Shown piece by piece: positions 38,240 through 47,432 of a DNA stretch of 64,000 nt. Every line of letters starts with the position of its first letter. Positions within the stretch are counted from its first letter, which is position 1. The notes under the pieces are model-generated. The model did no database searches, was not told the origin of the DNA, and saw nothing but the letters and a program-made list of their open reading frames with translations. The stretch comes from Dehalococcoidia bacterium (GTDB lineage Bacteria > Chloroflexota > Dehalococcoidia > Lucifugimonadales > Australimonadaceae), in assembly GCA_965208625.1 (NCBI GenBank), contig OZ242348.1, forward strand, positions 1,309,567 to 1,373,566. Direction: 5' to 3'. The position numbers and the translations under genes are program-made.

Positions 38240-38977
38240 TCATCGCCCCGGCCTCGTCCGGCCCGCCGTCGCGCCGCCGTCCAGTACGATGACCGCGCCG
38301 TTGAGGTACGACGCCTCGTCCGACGCGAGGTACGAGACGAGCGACGCCACGTCATGAGGGGTTCCCGCACGCCCGATCGGGATGTGGGACGAGGACATCT
38401 CGCCTGTGCCGTTGCGGTCGATCGAACCCGGAGCGATGCAGTTCACCCTGACGCCGAGCGGCCCGAACTCCATCGCCATCACCCTTGTAAGTGCGATGAG
38501 AGCCGCCTTGGAAGCCCCATAAGCACCGCCTTCCGCATAAGGGGCGGTGCCGCTGATGGAGCCGATGTTGACGATGACGCCGCTGCCCTGCTCGCGCATC
38601 GCGGGCAGCACGGCACGGGCGCCCAGCAAAGCAGCGTCGACGTTCACGCGAAACGATTCCCGCCAATCGGTGATGGAGATGTCGGCGAGCGGCGCAATGT
38701 GGCGGACGCCTGCGTTGTTGCAGAGCAGGTCGATGCGTCCGAAGTGCACGAGCGCCTCGTCCATGACCTCGCGGACCTGCTCCTCGTCTGCCATGTCCGC
38801 CTCCATGACGTGGGCAGACCGTCCTTCGAGCAGGCGCCGGGCGGCATCACAGGCGTCGGGGTTGCGGTCGGCTGCGAGGACGTTCATCCCGTCATCGAGA
38901 AGTCCCTGGACGATGCCCAACCCTATCCCTGCCGCCCCTCCGGTGACGATGGCGGCGCGCGGACGCTCAGCGGCCAC
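38240..38977 (-). CDS. Short-chain dehydrogenase/reductase
   Basis: TGGAAGIG, NNAG, YGASK, VNCIAPG. Confidence 0.92.
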   Translation of the reverse strand: MAAERPRAAIVTGGAAGIGLGIVQGLLDDGMNVLAADRNPDACDAARRLLEGRSAHVMEADMADEEQVREVMDEALVHFGRIDLLCNNAGVRHIAPLADISITDWRESFRVNVDAALLGARAVLPAMREQGSGVIVNIGSISGTAPYAEGGAYGASKAALIALTRVMAMEFGPLGVRVNCIAPGSIDRNGTGEMSSSHIPIGRAGTPHDVASLVSYLASDEASYLNGAVIVLDGGATAGRTRPGR

Positions 38978-38983
38978 GGTGGC

Positions 38984-39736
38984 CTACCGTCCCACGCTGG
39001 CGGGATCGACGCCGGACGCGACGAGCGCGTCCCGACCTATTTGGTCGAAGTGGAACCAGCGAATCTGCATCGTCTCGCGGAGCAGGCCCAGCACTGTCTC
39101 CTGCTTGGAAGCGTCGTCGGCGTACTTCGCAAGTATCTTGAGCGTCATGTCACCGTGCCCGCCCTCCGGGAAATCGGCCTTCTCGCCGGCCGACCAGTGG
39201 GACAGCGCCTCGTCGGGCAGGCCGAGAGGCTCCCACACCTTGCGGTTGAGCGAGGCGATGTTGCCGAGTTTCGCCACGGCGGGTCCTCGTGCCGCCTCCA
39301 GCCCGGCGACCGCGGCGAACGCCTCAAGCCACGGCCACGCCCGGCTGGCGCGTTCCCAGTACGCCAGCGCCATCTTGGTGTACGGACGGCCCTTGTAGGC
39401 GTAGACGTAGTCCCGCTCGAAACCGAGCGCGACGGAGAAGTCCACCATGCTCTCGTAGTGGCCGGTGTCGATGGTGGGGTCGGTCACTTCCTCGACGTAC
39501 ATGTTTTCGATCATGTACTGCCGTACGTCGAGCGCCGGGCAGTTGCCTATGATGCTGCCGAACCAGCGAGGGAACTCGTCGGCGAAGACGGTGTGTTCCA
39601 GCGCGAAGACGGCAGCGCCCTCGCGGCACATGTGCGTCTGCAGCCACACGTCGAAGGAGTTGTGCTCCTTCCATCGCGTCTCCCAGATGAGACGGGCCAT
39701 CTGGTCTTCGAACTGTTCAGGCAACGCTATCGCCAT
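38984..39736 (-). CDS. Heme-oxygenase-like fold (PqqC/TenA/CADD-type) iron redox protein
   Basis: ENMYVEE...GHYE, AGLE, D...GGH pattern of HDO helices. Confidence 0.7.
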   Translation of the reverse strand: MAIALPEQFEDQMARLIWETRWKEHNSFDVWLQTHMCREGAAVFALEHTVFADEFPRWFGSIIGNCPALDVRQYMIENMYVEEVTDPTIDTGHYESMVDFSVALGFERDYVYAYKGRPYTKMALAYWERASRAWPWLEAFAAVAGLEAARGPAVAKLGNIASLNRKVWEPLGLPDEALSHWSAGEKADFPEGGHGDMTLKILAKYADDASKQETVLGLLRETMQIRWFHFDQIGRDALVASGVDPASVGR

Positions 39737-39791
39737 AAGCCCCACCCCGGTCGTTTCTCTCCTGTCAGCGCGGCGGATTCTAGCAGTGCGG

Positions 39792-41078
39792 CTAGTTCGG
39801 CGCAGCGTCCTTCTGCCAGATGGAAGACCACTCCTCCGTCTTGGGAACGATTGCCTCATAGACACGCAAGTGTTCCATACGATTCTGCGCAGGGTCGCGC
39901 ACGACGTGGGGCGCTTCTCCGCCCTCCTCCACCTCACGGATGGCCCGAAGCAACAAGCGCCGCGAGAGCGCAACGGGTTTGTCCGCGTAGCCGAGGTGCT
40001 CGACCGTCCTGTCCTGAATGTCGCCCTGCGCCTCGACGGCGAATTTGTCCTGCAGTGCGAAACTCGCCCCCATGCCGAGGAACGTCGTCCGTTTCATCTC
40101 AGCGCGGTCCTGGCGGTAGCGATTGGAGCGGTCGCGCACGTGGGCATAGCCGGGGCCCATGTCAGAAAGGATGACCGGCCCGATGCGCTCCTTCGCGAGC
40201 GGAGCGCCCGGCGACACCAGCAGCATGTACTTCCAGTGGTGGGTGTCGTCGATGGGCACCTGCCAGTTGACGCCGTAGAAGCCTGCGCCGACGGCGGTCC
40301 CTATCGGCGCACCCGTGATGTCCGGTGGACGCAGGGCAGGGAAAGCAACTGCGGCTGGGTAGACGTAGTTGGTGATGCGCACGTAGTCGTGGTTGTCGTC
40401 GAGGTCGCGCCCGGAGTAGATGCGGATGCCATAGTCGGTCTCCTCGACCTCGATACGGGGCGCGACGTCGATGCCTGTCGCGTCCCACCGTACCCCGGCG
40501 TCGGCCACCTCGTCAGGCAATACGTAGTGGAGGGTCGCGAGGTGCTGCGGGTCGATGTTGCCCTCGTGCCCGTGCAGGTAGTTGCACTCGTGGTAGAACT
40601 TGGTGACGAGAACGTTCTCCTCGGGAAGCCCCAGACACTCGTAGTCTGGCAGCTCCGGAGGCTCTCCCGGCCCCATGTAGGCGAACACCAGCCCTCCGCG
40701 CTCGATGCACGGGTAAGAGCGGTGCTGCACCTTCCCCGCGAACTTGCTCCACTCCGGTTCACCCGGCTGGTCGAGGCAGTTGCCATGAATGTCGAACAGC
40801 CACCCGTGGTACACACACCGCAGGCCGCCGTCCTCGACCCGCCCATAGCTCAGGTCGGTCCCGCGGTGCGGGCAACGGAGTCCGAGCAGCCCCAGGCGTC
40901 CGAACTCGTCGCGGAAGAGCGTCAGGTCTTCGCCCATGACCCGTAACGGCAGAGGCGGCCCATCCTCGGTTAGTTCCTCTGACAGCGCGACCGGCTGCCA
41001 GTAGCGCCGAAGCAGATTCCCCGCAGGCGTCCCAGGCCCTGTCCGCGTCAGCAGTTCGTTGTCTTCCTGAGAGAGCAT
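39792..41078 (-). CDS. Rieske oxygenase alpha subunit (phthalate 4,5-dioxygenase-like)
   Basis: CPHRG...CVYHGW, EGNIDPQHLATLH, QDKFAVEAQG, EHLGYAD. Confidence 0.92.
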   Translation of the reverse strand: MLSQEDNELLTRTGPGTPAGNLLRRYWQPVALSEELTEDGPPLPLRVMGEDLTLFRDEFGRLGLLGLRCPHRGTDLSYGRVEDGGLRCVYHGWLFDIHGNCLDQPGEPEWSKFAGKVQHRSYPCIERGGLVFAYMGPGEPPELPDYECLGLPEENVLVTKFYHECNYLHGHEGNIDPQHLATLHYVLPDEVADAGVRWDATGIDVAPRIEVEETDYGIRIYSGRDLDDNHDYVRITNYVYPAAVAFPALRPPDITGAPIGTAVGAGFYGVNWQVPIDDTHHWKYMLLVSPGAPLAKERIGPVILSDMGPGYAHVRDRSNRYRQDRAEMKRTTFLGMGASFALQDKFAVEAQGDIQDRTVEHLGYADKPVALSRRLLLRAIREVEEGGEAPHVVRDPAQNRMEHLRVYEAIVPKTEEWSSIWQKDAAPN

Positions 41079-41218
41079 TGAGCGCCTCCTGTGGGAAGGT
41101 CTTGCCAGCAGAGTCTAGTTCATCTTCTCGCTCTCAGGCAGCCGTGGCCTGCCTGAACGAAGGAAACGTTGGGCAACGCAGCCCTCACAGACAGGAGTCC
41201 TCCACCTCTAAGCCGATG

Positions 41219-41248
41219 CTTGACGTTTCTCGTAGTCAAGTGTACCGT
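41219..41248 (+). promoter_or_regulatory. Putative sigma70 promoter of the UbiD-family gene with overlapping dyad operator
   Basis: TTGACG-17 nt-TACCGT. Dyad CTTGAC-N10-GTCAAG (41219-41240) in the divergent intergenic region. Confidence 0.45.
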
Positions 41249-41305
41249 CGCCGCGCAGAAACCTCCCCGAAGGCCCGGTCTAGCTCGGTCATCCAAGGAG
41301 CGCAG

Positions 41306-42733
41306 ATGGCAACGCGGAACAGACAGGTTGGCTACAAGGACCTGCGCGAGTACATGGACCTCCTCGAGCAGAAGGGGCTGTTGGTACATGTAACCGCGCC
41401 GGTAGAACTGGAGCATGAGATCGGGGCCATCCTCACCCGCTCGCTGGAACGCAAGGGCCCTGCCATCGTCTTCGACAACGTCAAGGGATACGAGGGCAAG
41501 CCGCTCGTGAGCAACATCATCTCGACCGTCGACCAGCTCGCAGTTGCGTTCAACTGCGAACCGGAGCCGGACACGATGTACGCGATCATCGTCGACGGCC
41601 ATAACAACCGCGTCCCTTCCGTCAATGTCGAGAGCGGGCCCTGCAAGGAAGTGATCGCCACCGGCGACGACATCGATCTCTACGAGATGCCGACTCCCTA
41701 TTGGCATGAACTGGACGGCGGGCAGTACATCGGCACTGCGGCAGGCGTTGTCACGCGTGACCCGGACACGGGAATCATAAACATGGGCACATACCGCGCC
41801 ATGATCGTGGACAGGAACCACCTGACCATCTCCGGGCAACTCCGGAACCACGTCATGAGGAACGACGCCCAAGGCAAGCCAACCCCTGTCGCCATAGCGG
41901 TAGGGATGGACCCCCTGCTCTGCCTCGCCTCTGGCAGTCCGGTTCCAGTCGACGAGAACGGGCACATGGAGTACGAAGCTGCCGGCGCGTGGCGTGGCGC
42001 TCCAACCGAGCTCATCCGCTGCGAGACGAACGACCTTATGGTGCCGGCGCAGTCGGAGTACATCATCGAAGGCGAGATTCCGGCCAATACGACCCACGTG
42101 GAGGGTCCGCACGGCGAGGCCGGCGGCTTCTATGGCCAGAATCTGGAAGCGCCATTCATGACGGTCCACTGCATCACCCACCGGCAGAACCCGATCAACT
42201 ACGGCGTGATCTGCCTTCTTGAAGAGGACTACCCGCGCTGGCTCTTCCGTTCGGGCTCGTTCGAGGCCCGGATCAAGAACGAGAGCGGGCTCACCAGCAT
42301 CAGGCACGCCCACTTCCCTGAGATAGGCGGCCGCAGTTGGGGCGCCGCCATCATCGCGGCGGAGATCACCGACCCCGAGGAGCCTCTCCGCATCATCGAC
42401 GCCGCCTGGAAGATCGTTCCGAACCGCTGGGTGATCGTGGTCGACGAGGACTGCGACGTACGGAACTGGAACGACGTGACGTGGCGGATCGTCACTAACG
42501 TCCGCTGGGAGCAGGACTTCGTCAAGGGCAAGGCACACCACCCGAACCTGGGCCAGACCCAGGGCCGCCGCGGGCGGAATATCGAGTACGACATCGACTC
42601 CGACGTCCCCGACCCAACGGGCATCAACGCCTCATTCAAGTTCAAGTTCGACAGTCTGCCGCCAATCAACAAATCGAGCAGGGAGTACATGGCCAAGATC
42701 GCGGCCCGCTGGCAGGAGCTAGGTCTGCCGTAG
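41306..42733 (+). CDS. UbiD-family prFMN-dependent (de)carboxylase
   Basis: DLREY, GGQYIGT, NMGTYR, EGPHGEAGGFY, VIVVDED. AAGGAG RBS. Confidence 0.88.
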   Translation: MATRNRQVGYKDLREYMDLLEQKGLLVHVTAPVELEHEIGAILTRSLERKGPAIVFDNVKGYEGKPLVSNIISTVDQLAVAFNCEPEPDTMYAIIVDGHNNRVPSVNVESGPCKEVIATGDDIDLYEMPTPYWHELDGGQYIGTAAGVVTRDPDTGIINMGTYRAMIVDRNHLTISGQLRNHVMRNDAQGKPTPVAIAVGMDPLLCLASGSPVPVDENGHMEYEAAGAWRGAPTELIRCETNDLMVPAQSEYIIEGEIPANTTHVEGPHGEAGGFYGQNLEAPFMTVHCITHRQNPINYGVICLLEEDYPRWLFRSGSFEARIKNESGLTSIRHAHFPEIGGRSWGAAIIAAEITDPEEPLRIIDAAWKIVPNRWVIVVDEDCDVRNWNDVTWRIVTNVRWEQDFVKGKAHHPNLGQTQGRRGRNIEYDIDSDVPDPTGINASFKFKFDSLPPINKSSREYMAKIAARWQELGLP

Positions 42734-42799
42734 CCGGTCGTTCAGAACCGAGGCGCGCCTGAGAGGCACGCCCAATCCGAATCAAGGGAGGGATCCAAG

Positions 42800-44047
42800 A
42801 TGAAGTGGACCAAGCTAAGCATGGTATTGATAGCAGGCATCGCGGGTGCGCTGTTGCTCGTGGCGTGCGGGAGCGACCCCACGGCAACGCCAACGCCGGC
42901 ACCACAGCCCACCGCGACGCCAACGCCGGCACCGGTGGCGCAACCCACCGAAGCGCCCGCGCCCGACCCGACAGCGACCCCGACGCCCGACGCCATGGCG
43001 GCGATCGAGGCGGAGAAGGCAGAGTTGATCGCGGCAGCCCAGGAAGAGGGCGAGTTGCAGGCATTCTTCTGCTGCGACCTGGGCGACGGGACCGCGGACC
43101 ACATCCAGGGATTCGAGGACGAGTACCGGATCAGGGTGGTCTTCTCCGGCGGCTCCTCCCGTGAGCAGGCGCCAAAGGTGCTCGCCGAGCGCGAGGCAGG
43201 GCAGTACACGCTGGACGTCTGGTCAGGTGGATTGAACCCCGCGATCCCCACGTTGATCCCCGCAGGTGTTCTCCAGCCGCTCAAGCCGCTGCTCTTCTTC
43301 CCTGAAGTGCTGGACGAGTCGGCGTGGTACGACAACCGGCTCCACTGGTTCGACCAGCCCGGCAACGAGTACGTGGTCGGCTGGAACGGCTCCGGAAGCA
43401 CAGCCGGCATCGCGTACAACACCGACCTCGTGGATCCGATGGAGATACAGTCGTTCTGGGACCTGCTCGACCCGAAGTGGAAGGGGAAGATCATCGCGCG
43501 CGACCCGCGTGAGGTCGGGAGCTCGGGCACCACAGCCTTCTACTACATGAACGAACAGATGGGTGGAGAGTGGCTCCAGCGGATGATGACGGAGATGGAC
43601 ATCACACTGACAAGCAACGCCCGGCAGGCTGCGGAGCAGTTGGCGCTCGGCAAGTTCCACCTCTGCATGTGGGCGTGCGGCAGGGAAGTGCGAGCACTGG
43701 AGGGTGAGGGACAGCCGGTCGACGACGTGTTCCCGCACATCCTCGAGGAGGGGGCGAGCATCAGCCCCGGCGGCGGCGCCTTCTACGTGCTGGACAGCCC
43801 ACCGAACCCGAACGCCCAGAAGCTCTTCGCGAACTGGTTCCTGAGCCGCGAAGGGCAGATCTTCGCGCAGAAGGCGAGCGGTTCGCAGTCGCTCCGCACG
43901 GACATCCCGCTGGACGGCGTTAACGAAGCGAGTATCCGCAACCCTGACGTCGACTACTTCATCCTGGGGAGCCAGACCGACTACCAGGACCAACTCGAAG
44001 CGGCGCTCACGGTCGTCCGGGATGCGCTGGCCTCGGTAGGCAAGTAA
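42800..44047 (+). CDS. ABC substrate-binding lipoprotein (AfuA/FbpA-like)
   Basis: Lipobox LVAC, PT linker, AAAQEEGEL, YNTDLV, WDLLDPKWKGKI, PNAQKLFANWFLSREGQ. Confidence 0.85.
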   Translation: MKWTKLSMVLIAGIAGALLLVACGSDPTATPTPAPQPTATPTPAPVAQPTEAPAPDPTATPTPDAMAAIEAEKAELIAAAQEEGELQAFFCCDLGDGTADHIQGFEDEYRIRVVFSGGSSREQAPKVLAEREAGQYTLDVWSGGLNPAIPTLIPAGVLQPLKPLLFFPEVLDESAWYDNRLHWFDQPGNEYVVGWNGSGSTAGIAYNTDLVDPMEIQSFWDLLDPKWKGKIIARDPREVGSSGTTAFYYMNEQMGGEWLQRMMTEMDITLTSNARQAAEQLALGKFHLCMWACGREVRALEGEGQPVDDVFPHILEEGASISPGGGAFYVLDSPPNPNAQKLFANWFLSREGQIFAQKASGSQSLRTDIPLDGVNEASIRNPDVDYFILGSQTDYQDQLEAALTVVRDALASVGK

Positions 44048-44095
44048 ACAGCCCCGCTCCGGGAGGAGCGGCTGCGGGCTGTGCAGGGCAAATAG

Positions 44096-45904
44096 ATGGC
44101 CGTGCCAACGCGTACAGGCGTGATGGGTACCCGGCGGACCCCTTGGGTCCGTCCGGGTACCGGCACGTTTGTGATGGCCCTGCTGCTCATCGTATTCGGG
44201 TTCTGGGTATTCGCGCCCATCGCGGTGATCCTGGTCAACAGCTTCAACGTCGCCGGCATCAACCAGCCGACCGAGTGGTCACTCGATAACTGGCGTATCG
44301 CATTCTCCGAACCCGGCATCTTCGAGGCCCTCAGGAATACGTTCGTCGTGTATATCGGTTACAAGGCGATCGGATTCCCCATCGCCATCCTCATCGCCTG
44401 GACGCTGGCCCGCACCAATATCCATTGGAGCTACGGGCTGGAGTTCATGTTCTGGGTCTCGTTCATGCTTCCGGGCATCTCCACCACCATAGGGTGGGTG
44501 TTCATGCTGGACCCGGACTTCGGGCTGTTCAACGTCGCGCTGGGCTATCTGCCCTTCATCGAGCATGGTCCGTTCAACATCTACAGCGTGCCCGGCATCA
44601 TCTGGGTGCACCTGATGGGCAACACGATATCCAGCGCCGTGATGCTGCTGACGCCGGCGTTCCGGAACATGAACCTCTCGCTGGAAGAGGCCTCACGGGT
44701 TTCGGGAGCGTCGAACCTGCGCACGATGATGCGTGTGACCATTCCGGTGATGATCCCTGCCATCACCGTCGTGTTCATGCTGAATCTCGTCCGCATCTTC
44801 CAGTCGTTCGAGACCGAGCTCATCCTGGGCACGCCCATCGACTTCTACGTCTATTCCACCAAGATATTCCAGTTCGTCCGGTTCTATGACCCACCGCTCT
44901 ACGGATCGGCGACGGCCCTTGCGAGCGTGGTGCTGGTCATCATCGCGTTCATCGTCCCCCTGCAGCGCTGGCTGACCACACGGCGGAACTACGCCACCAT
45001 CACGGGCAGCTTCAAGCCGGGACTCATCGACCTCGGCAGGATGCGGCCTGTGGTCTTCGGGCTCATTCTCTTCCTCATCCTCCTCCTCACGGCGATCCCG
45101 GTGTTGATCCTGGTGGGCGGCAGCTTCATGACGCGCGTGGGCTGGTTCTCGAGCACACCCACCTACACGCTCAGCCACTGGCAGGACGTCTTCGCCAACC
45201 GCTTCTTCCTCACCGCGTTGAAGAACACGCTGGTCATCAGCCTGTCCACGGCCATCGTCAGCCCGATACTGTTCTCGATGGTCGCTTACGTGCTCGTCAG
45301 GACGCGATGGAAGTGGAGGTCTATCCTCGATGCGATCTTCTGGATGTCCACGGCCATGCCGGGCATCCTGTCCGGGCTGGGGTTGCTGTGGCTATTCCTC
45401 GGCACCCCTATCCTCACCCCGCTGTACGGCACGCTCTACGCCCTCGTGCTGGTCGTCATCATGCAGGGCAAGCTGACCAGCACCCAGCTCATCAAGGGCG
45501 TATTCCTGCAGATGGGAGCGGATATGGAGGAGGCCGCCCGCGTGGCCGGAGCGGGCTGGTGGCGCACCTACTTCCGCATCTGGATACCGCTGCTGATGCC
45601 CACGCTCATCCTCATCGGCACGTTCAACTTCGTGATTGCCGCCGGCACCACCAGCAGCATCATCCTGATCGCCGACCGGGGGACGTACACCCTGTCTCTG
45701 CTGGCACTGGACATGATGACCAGCAGCGTGAGGCAAGACCTCGAGGGCGCCGGGATCGTGAGCCTCTTCATGGTGGCCCAAACGGCGGGTATCGCCCTGA
45801 TCGCCCGCAGGTTCGGGCTGCAGCTCGGCGTCAGTCACACCCGGACAGCGCGGGAAGCGGACCGCCCCACGGGATCCACGGCTCCTGCAGGAGCTATCCA
45901 CTAA
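44096..45904 (+). CDS. ABC permease with duplicated TM domains (FbpB/ThiP-like)
   Basis: Two EAA loops (LEEASRVSGA, MEEAARVAGA) and about 12 TM segments. Confidence 0.88.
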   Translation: MAVPTRTGVMGTRRTPWVRPGTGTFVMALLLIVFGFWVFAPIAVILVNSFNVAGINQPTEWSLDNWRIAFSEPGIFEALRNTFVVYIGYKAIGFPIAILIAWTLARTNIHWSYGLEFMFWVSFMLPGISTTIGWVFMLDPDFGLFNVALGYLPFIEHGPFNIYSVPGIIWVHLMGNTISSAVMLLTPAFRNMNLSLEEASRVSGASNLRTMMRVTIPVMIPAITVVFMLNLVRIFQSFETELILGTPIDFYVYSTKIFQFVRFYDPPLYGSATALASVVLVIIAFIVPLQRWLTTRRNYATITGSFKPGLIDLGRMRPVVFGLILFLILLLTAIPVLILVGGSFMTRVGWFSSTPTYTLSHWQDVFANRFFLTALKNTLVISLSTAIVSPILFSMVAYVLVRTRWKWRSILDAIFWMSTAMPGILSGLGLLWLFLGTPILTPLYGTLYALVLVVIMQGKLTSTQLIKGVFLQMGADMEEAARVAGAGWWRTYFRIWIPLLMPTLILIGTFNFVIAAGTTSSIILIADRGTYTLSLLALDMMTSSVRQDLEGAGIVSLFMVAQTAGIALIARRFGLQLGVSHTRTAREADRPTGSTAPAGAIH

Positions 45905-45925
45905 GCTGAGCGAAGGGCCGATCGA

Positions 45926-47398
45926 TCACAGGTTCGGGAACGGCAGGATGTCCCCGTATTTCTTCATCACGCGCTGCCTGAGCTCTTTGGGGCTTCGGCT
46001 TACTCCCGGGAATTGGTCCCTGCGATGGAACGGTCTGACCGCGTAGTAGACCGCGAGGCTGTTGGTGTGGTCGCCGGACTCCTTCTTGTCGGGCCGCGCT
46101 GAGACCAGCGGGTCCAGTGGCGTGCTCCACATCCCTCTCAGGATCTCGATGTCGGTCTCCGGGTCGCAGCGCGTCGTCATGGCCCAGAGCACCTCTTTCA
46201 GGTCCTCCGGATCGATGTCCTCGTCAACGACGACGATCCAGCGTCCGTTGCGCGTGTTCGCCGCGGCGGCCATGGCGGCCTGCTTCGCATGACCGGGGTA
46301 CTGCTGCTTGATGGCGATAACCCGCATGTACGCGAAAGGCGTGCCCACTGCCACGACGTGCGAGACACCCGCGCGGGCAAGGTCGGCCGCGCCGCCGCGG
46401 CCGGCGCCCATGGGAAGACCTGTTTGTCGCGCGCCGGGCCACATCGGGGCCTGGCTCAGGATGATGGGGTTGTTGCGGAAGTAGACCGCCTTCACGCGGA
46501 TGACCGGCTGCGGTTCGCCGGTGCCGAGCGTGCCGCCGGAGTAGTAGCCGGGCCACTCCCCGAAGGGACCTTCATCCCGCGCCTCCTCCCACGGCGGAGG
46601 GACTTCGCCTTCGATGGCGATCTCCGCATGAGCAGGGATGGGCAGACCGGTGATGGGACCCTTGATGACGTCGACCGGCCTTCCGCGCAGGCCACCAGCG
46701 TGGTCCAACTCCGATTCTCCCCAGGGAGAGCGTCCGTGGGACGCCATCCACGTGAGCGGGTCGGTGCCGAAGGTAGCGACCACCGGACAGGCCTCGCCCT
46801 TCTCCCAGTAGCTGTTGCAGATAAGCCGGCCCTGCTGGCCGGGGCTCATCCAGAGCCCCAGTGTGTTCTTGTCGTGGACCTCCATCCGATAGGTGCCCAT
46901 GTTGACGTAGCCGCTCTCCGGGTCCTGGTTGATGAGCGAGTCGCCCGTGCCGATGTAGCGCCCGCCATCCGAGGCGTGGTACCGGGGAACGGGGAAGCGC
47001 CAGAGGTCGACTTCCTCGCCCTCCATCACGTTCTCCATCACGGGGCCGGCAGGAACCTCGTTCGGGGGAATCGGCTTGATCGCCCTGAGCCGCTGAGAGG
47101 CCAGCTCCGCCAGTTCGTCGCGGCTCTTGTCGACCGGTAACCCGAGCGCCAGCGCAGCCCGTTTGTACGACGCACCGACCAGCGACACCAGGCGGTAGCC
47201 CTCCGGGTACCCCTTCACCTTGTCGAAGATGAGCATGGGGGCATTCGGTATGGTTTCGGCTACCGCCTCAACGAGTGCCCCGAGCTCCTCATCCCAGTCG
47301 ACTCCTTCGATGACGTGGTAGTCATCGATCTCCTGACAAGCGGCCACGTACTCCTGCAGGCCGTCGAAGATCGGCCCGGTCGGTTCTGATGTCGTCAC
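45926..47398 (-). CDS. UbiD-family prFMN-dependent (de)carboxylase
   Basis: GGRYIGTG, NMGTYR, EGPFGEWPGYY, YPGHAKQA, VVVDEDID, WAMTTRCDP. Confidence 0.9.
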   Translation of the reverse strand: MTTSEPTGPIFDGLQEYVAACQEIDDYHVIEGVDWDEELGALVEAVAETIPNAPMLIFDKVKGYPEGYRLVSLVGASYKRAALALGLPVDKSRDELAELASQRLRAIKPIPPNEVPAGPVMENVMEGEEVDLWRFPVPRYHASDGGRYIGTGDSLINQDPESGYVNMGTYRMEVHDKNTLGLWMSPGQQGRLICNSYWEKGEACPVVATFGTDPLTWMASHGRSPWGESELDHAGGLRGRPVDVIKGPITGLPIPAHAEIAIEGEVPPPWEEARDEGPFGEWPGYYSGGTLGTGEPQPVIRVKAVYFRNNPIILSQAPMWPGARQTGLPMGAGRGGAADLARAGVSHVVAVGTPFAYMRVIAIKQQYPGHAKQAAMAAAANTRNGRWIVVVDEDIDPEDLKEVLWAMTTRCDPETDIEILRGMWSTPLDPLVSARPDKKESGDHTNSLAVYYAVRPFHRRDQFPGVSRSPKELRQRVMKKYGDILPFPNL

Positions 47399-47432
47399 GA
47401 GGTGCTCCTTTCAGCACTGGTGGTGCGAACAC

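Noticed and set aside
44049-44081. Terminator between the ABC binding protein and permease
   Set aside because: An imperfect GC hairpin without a U-tract inside an evident operon. At most an mRNA-stabilising element.
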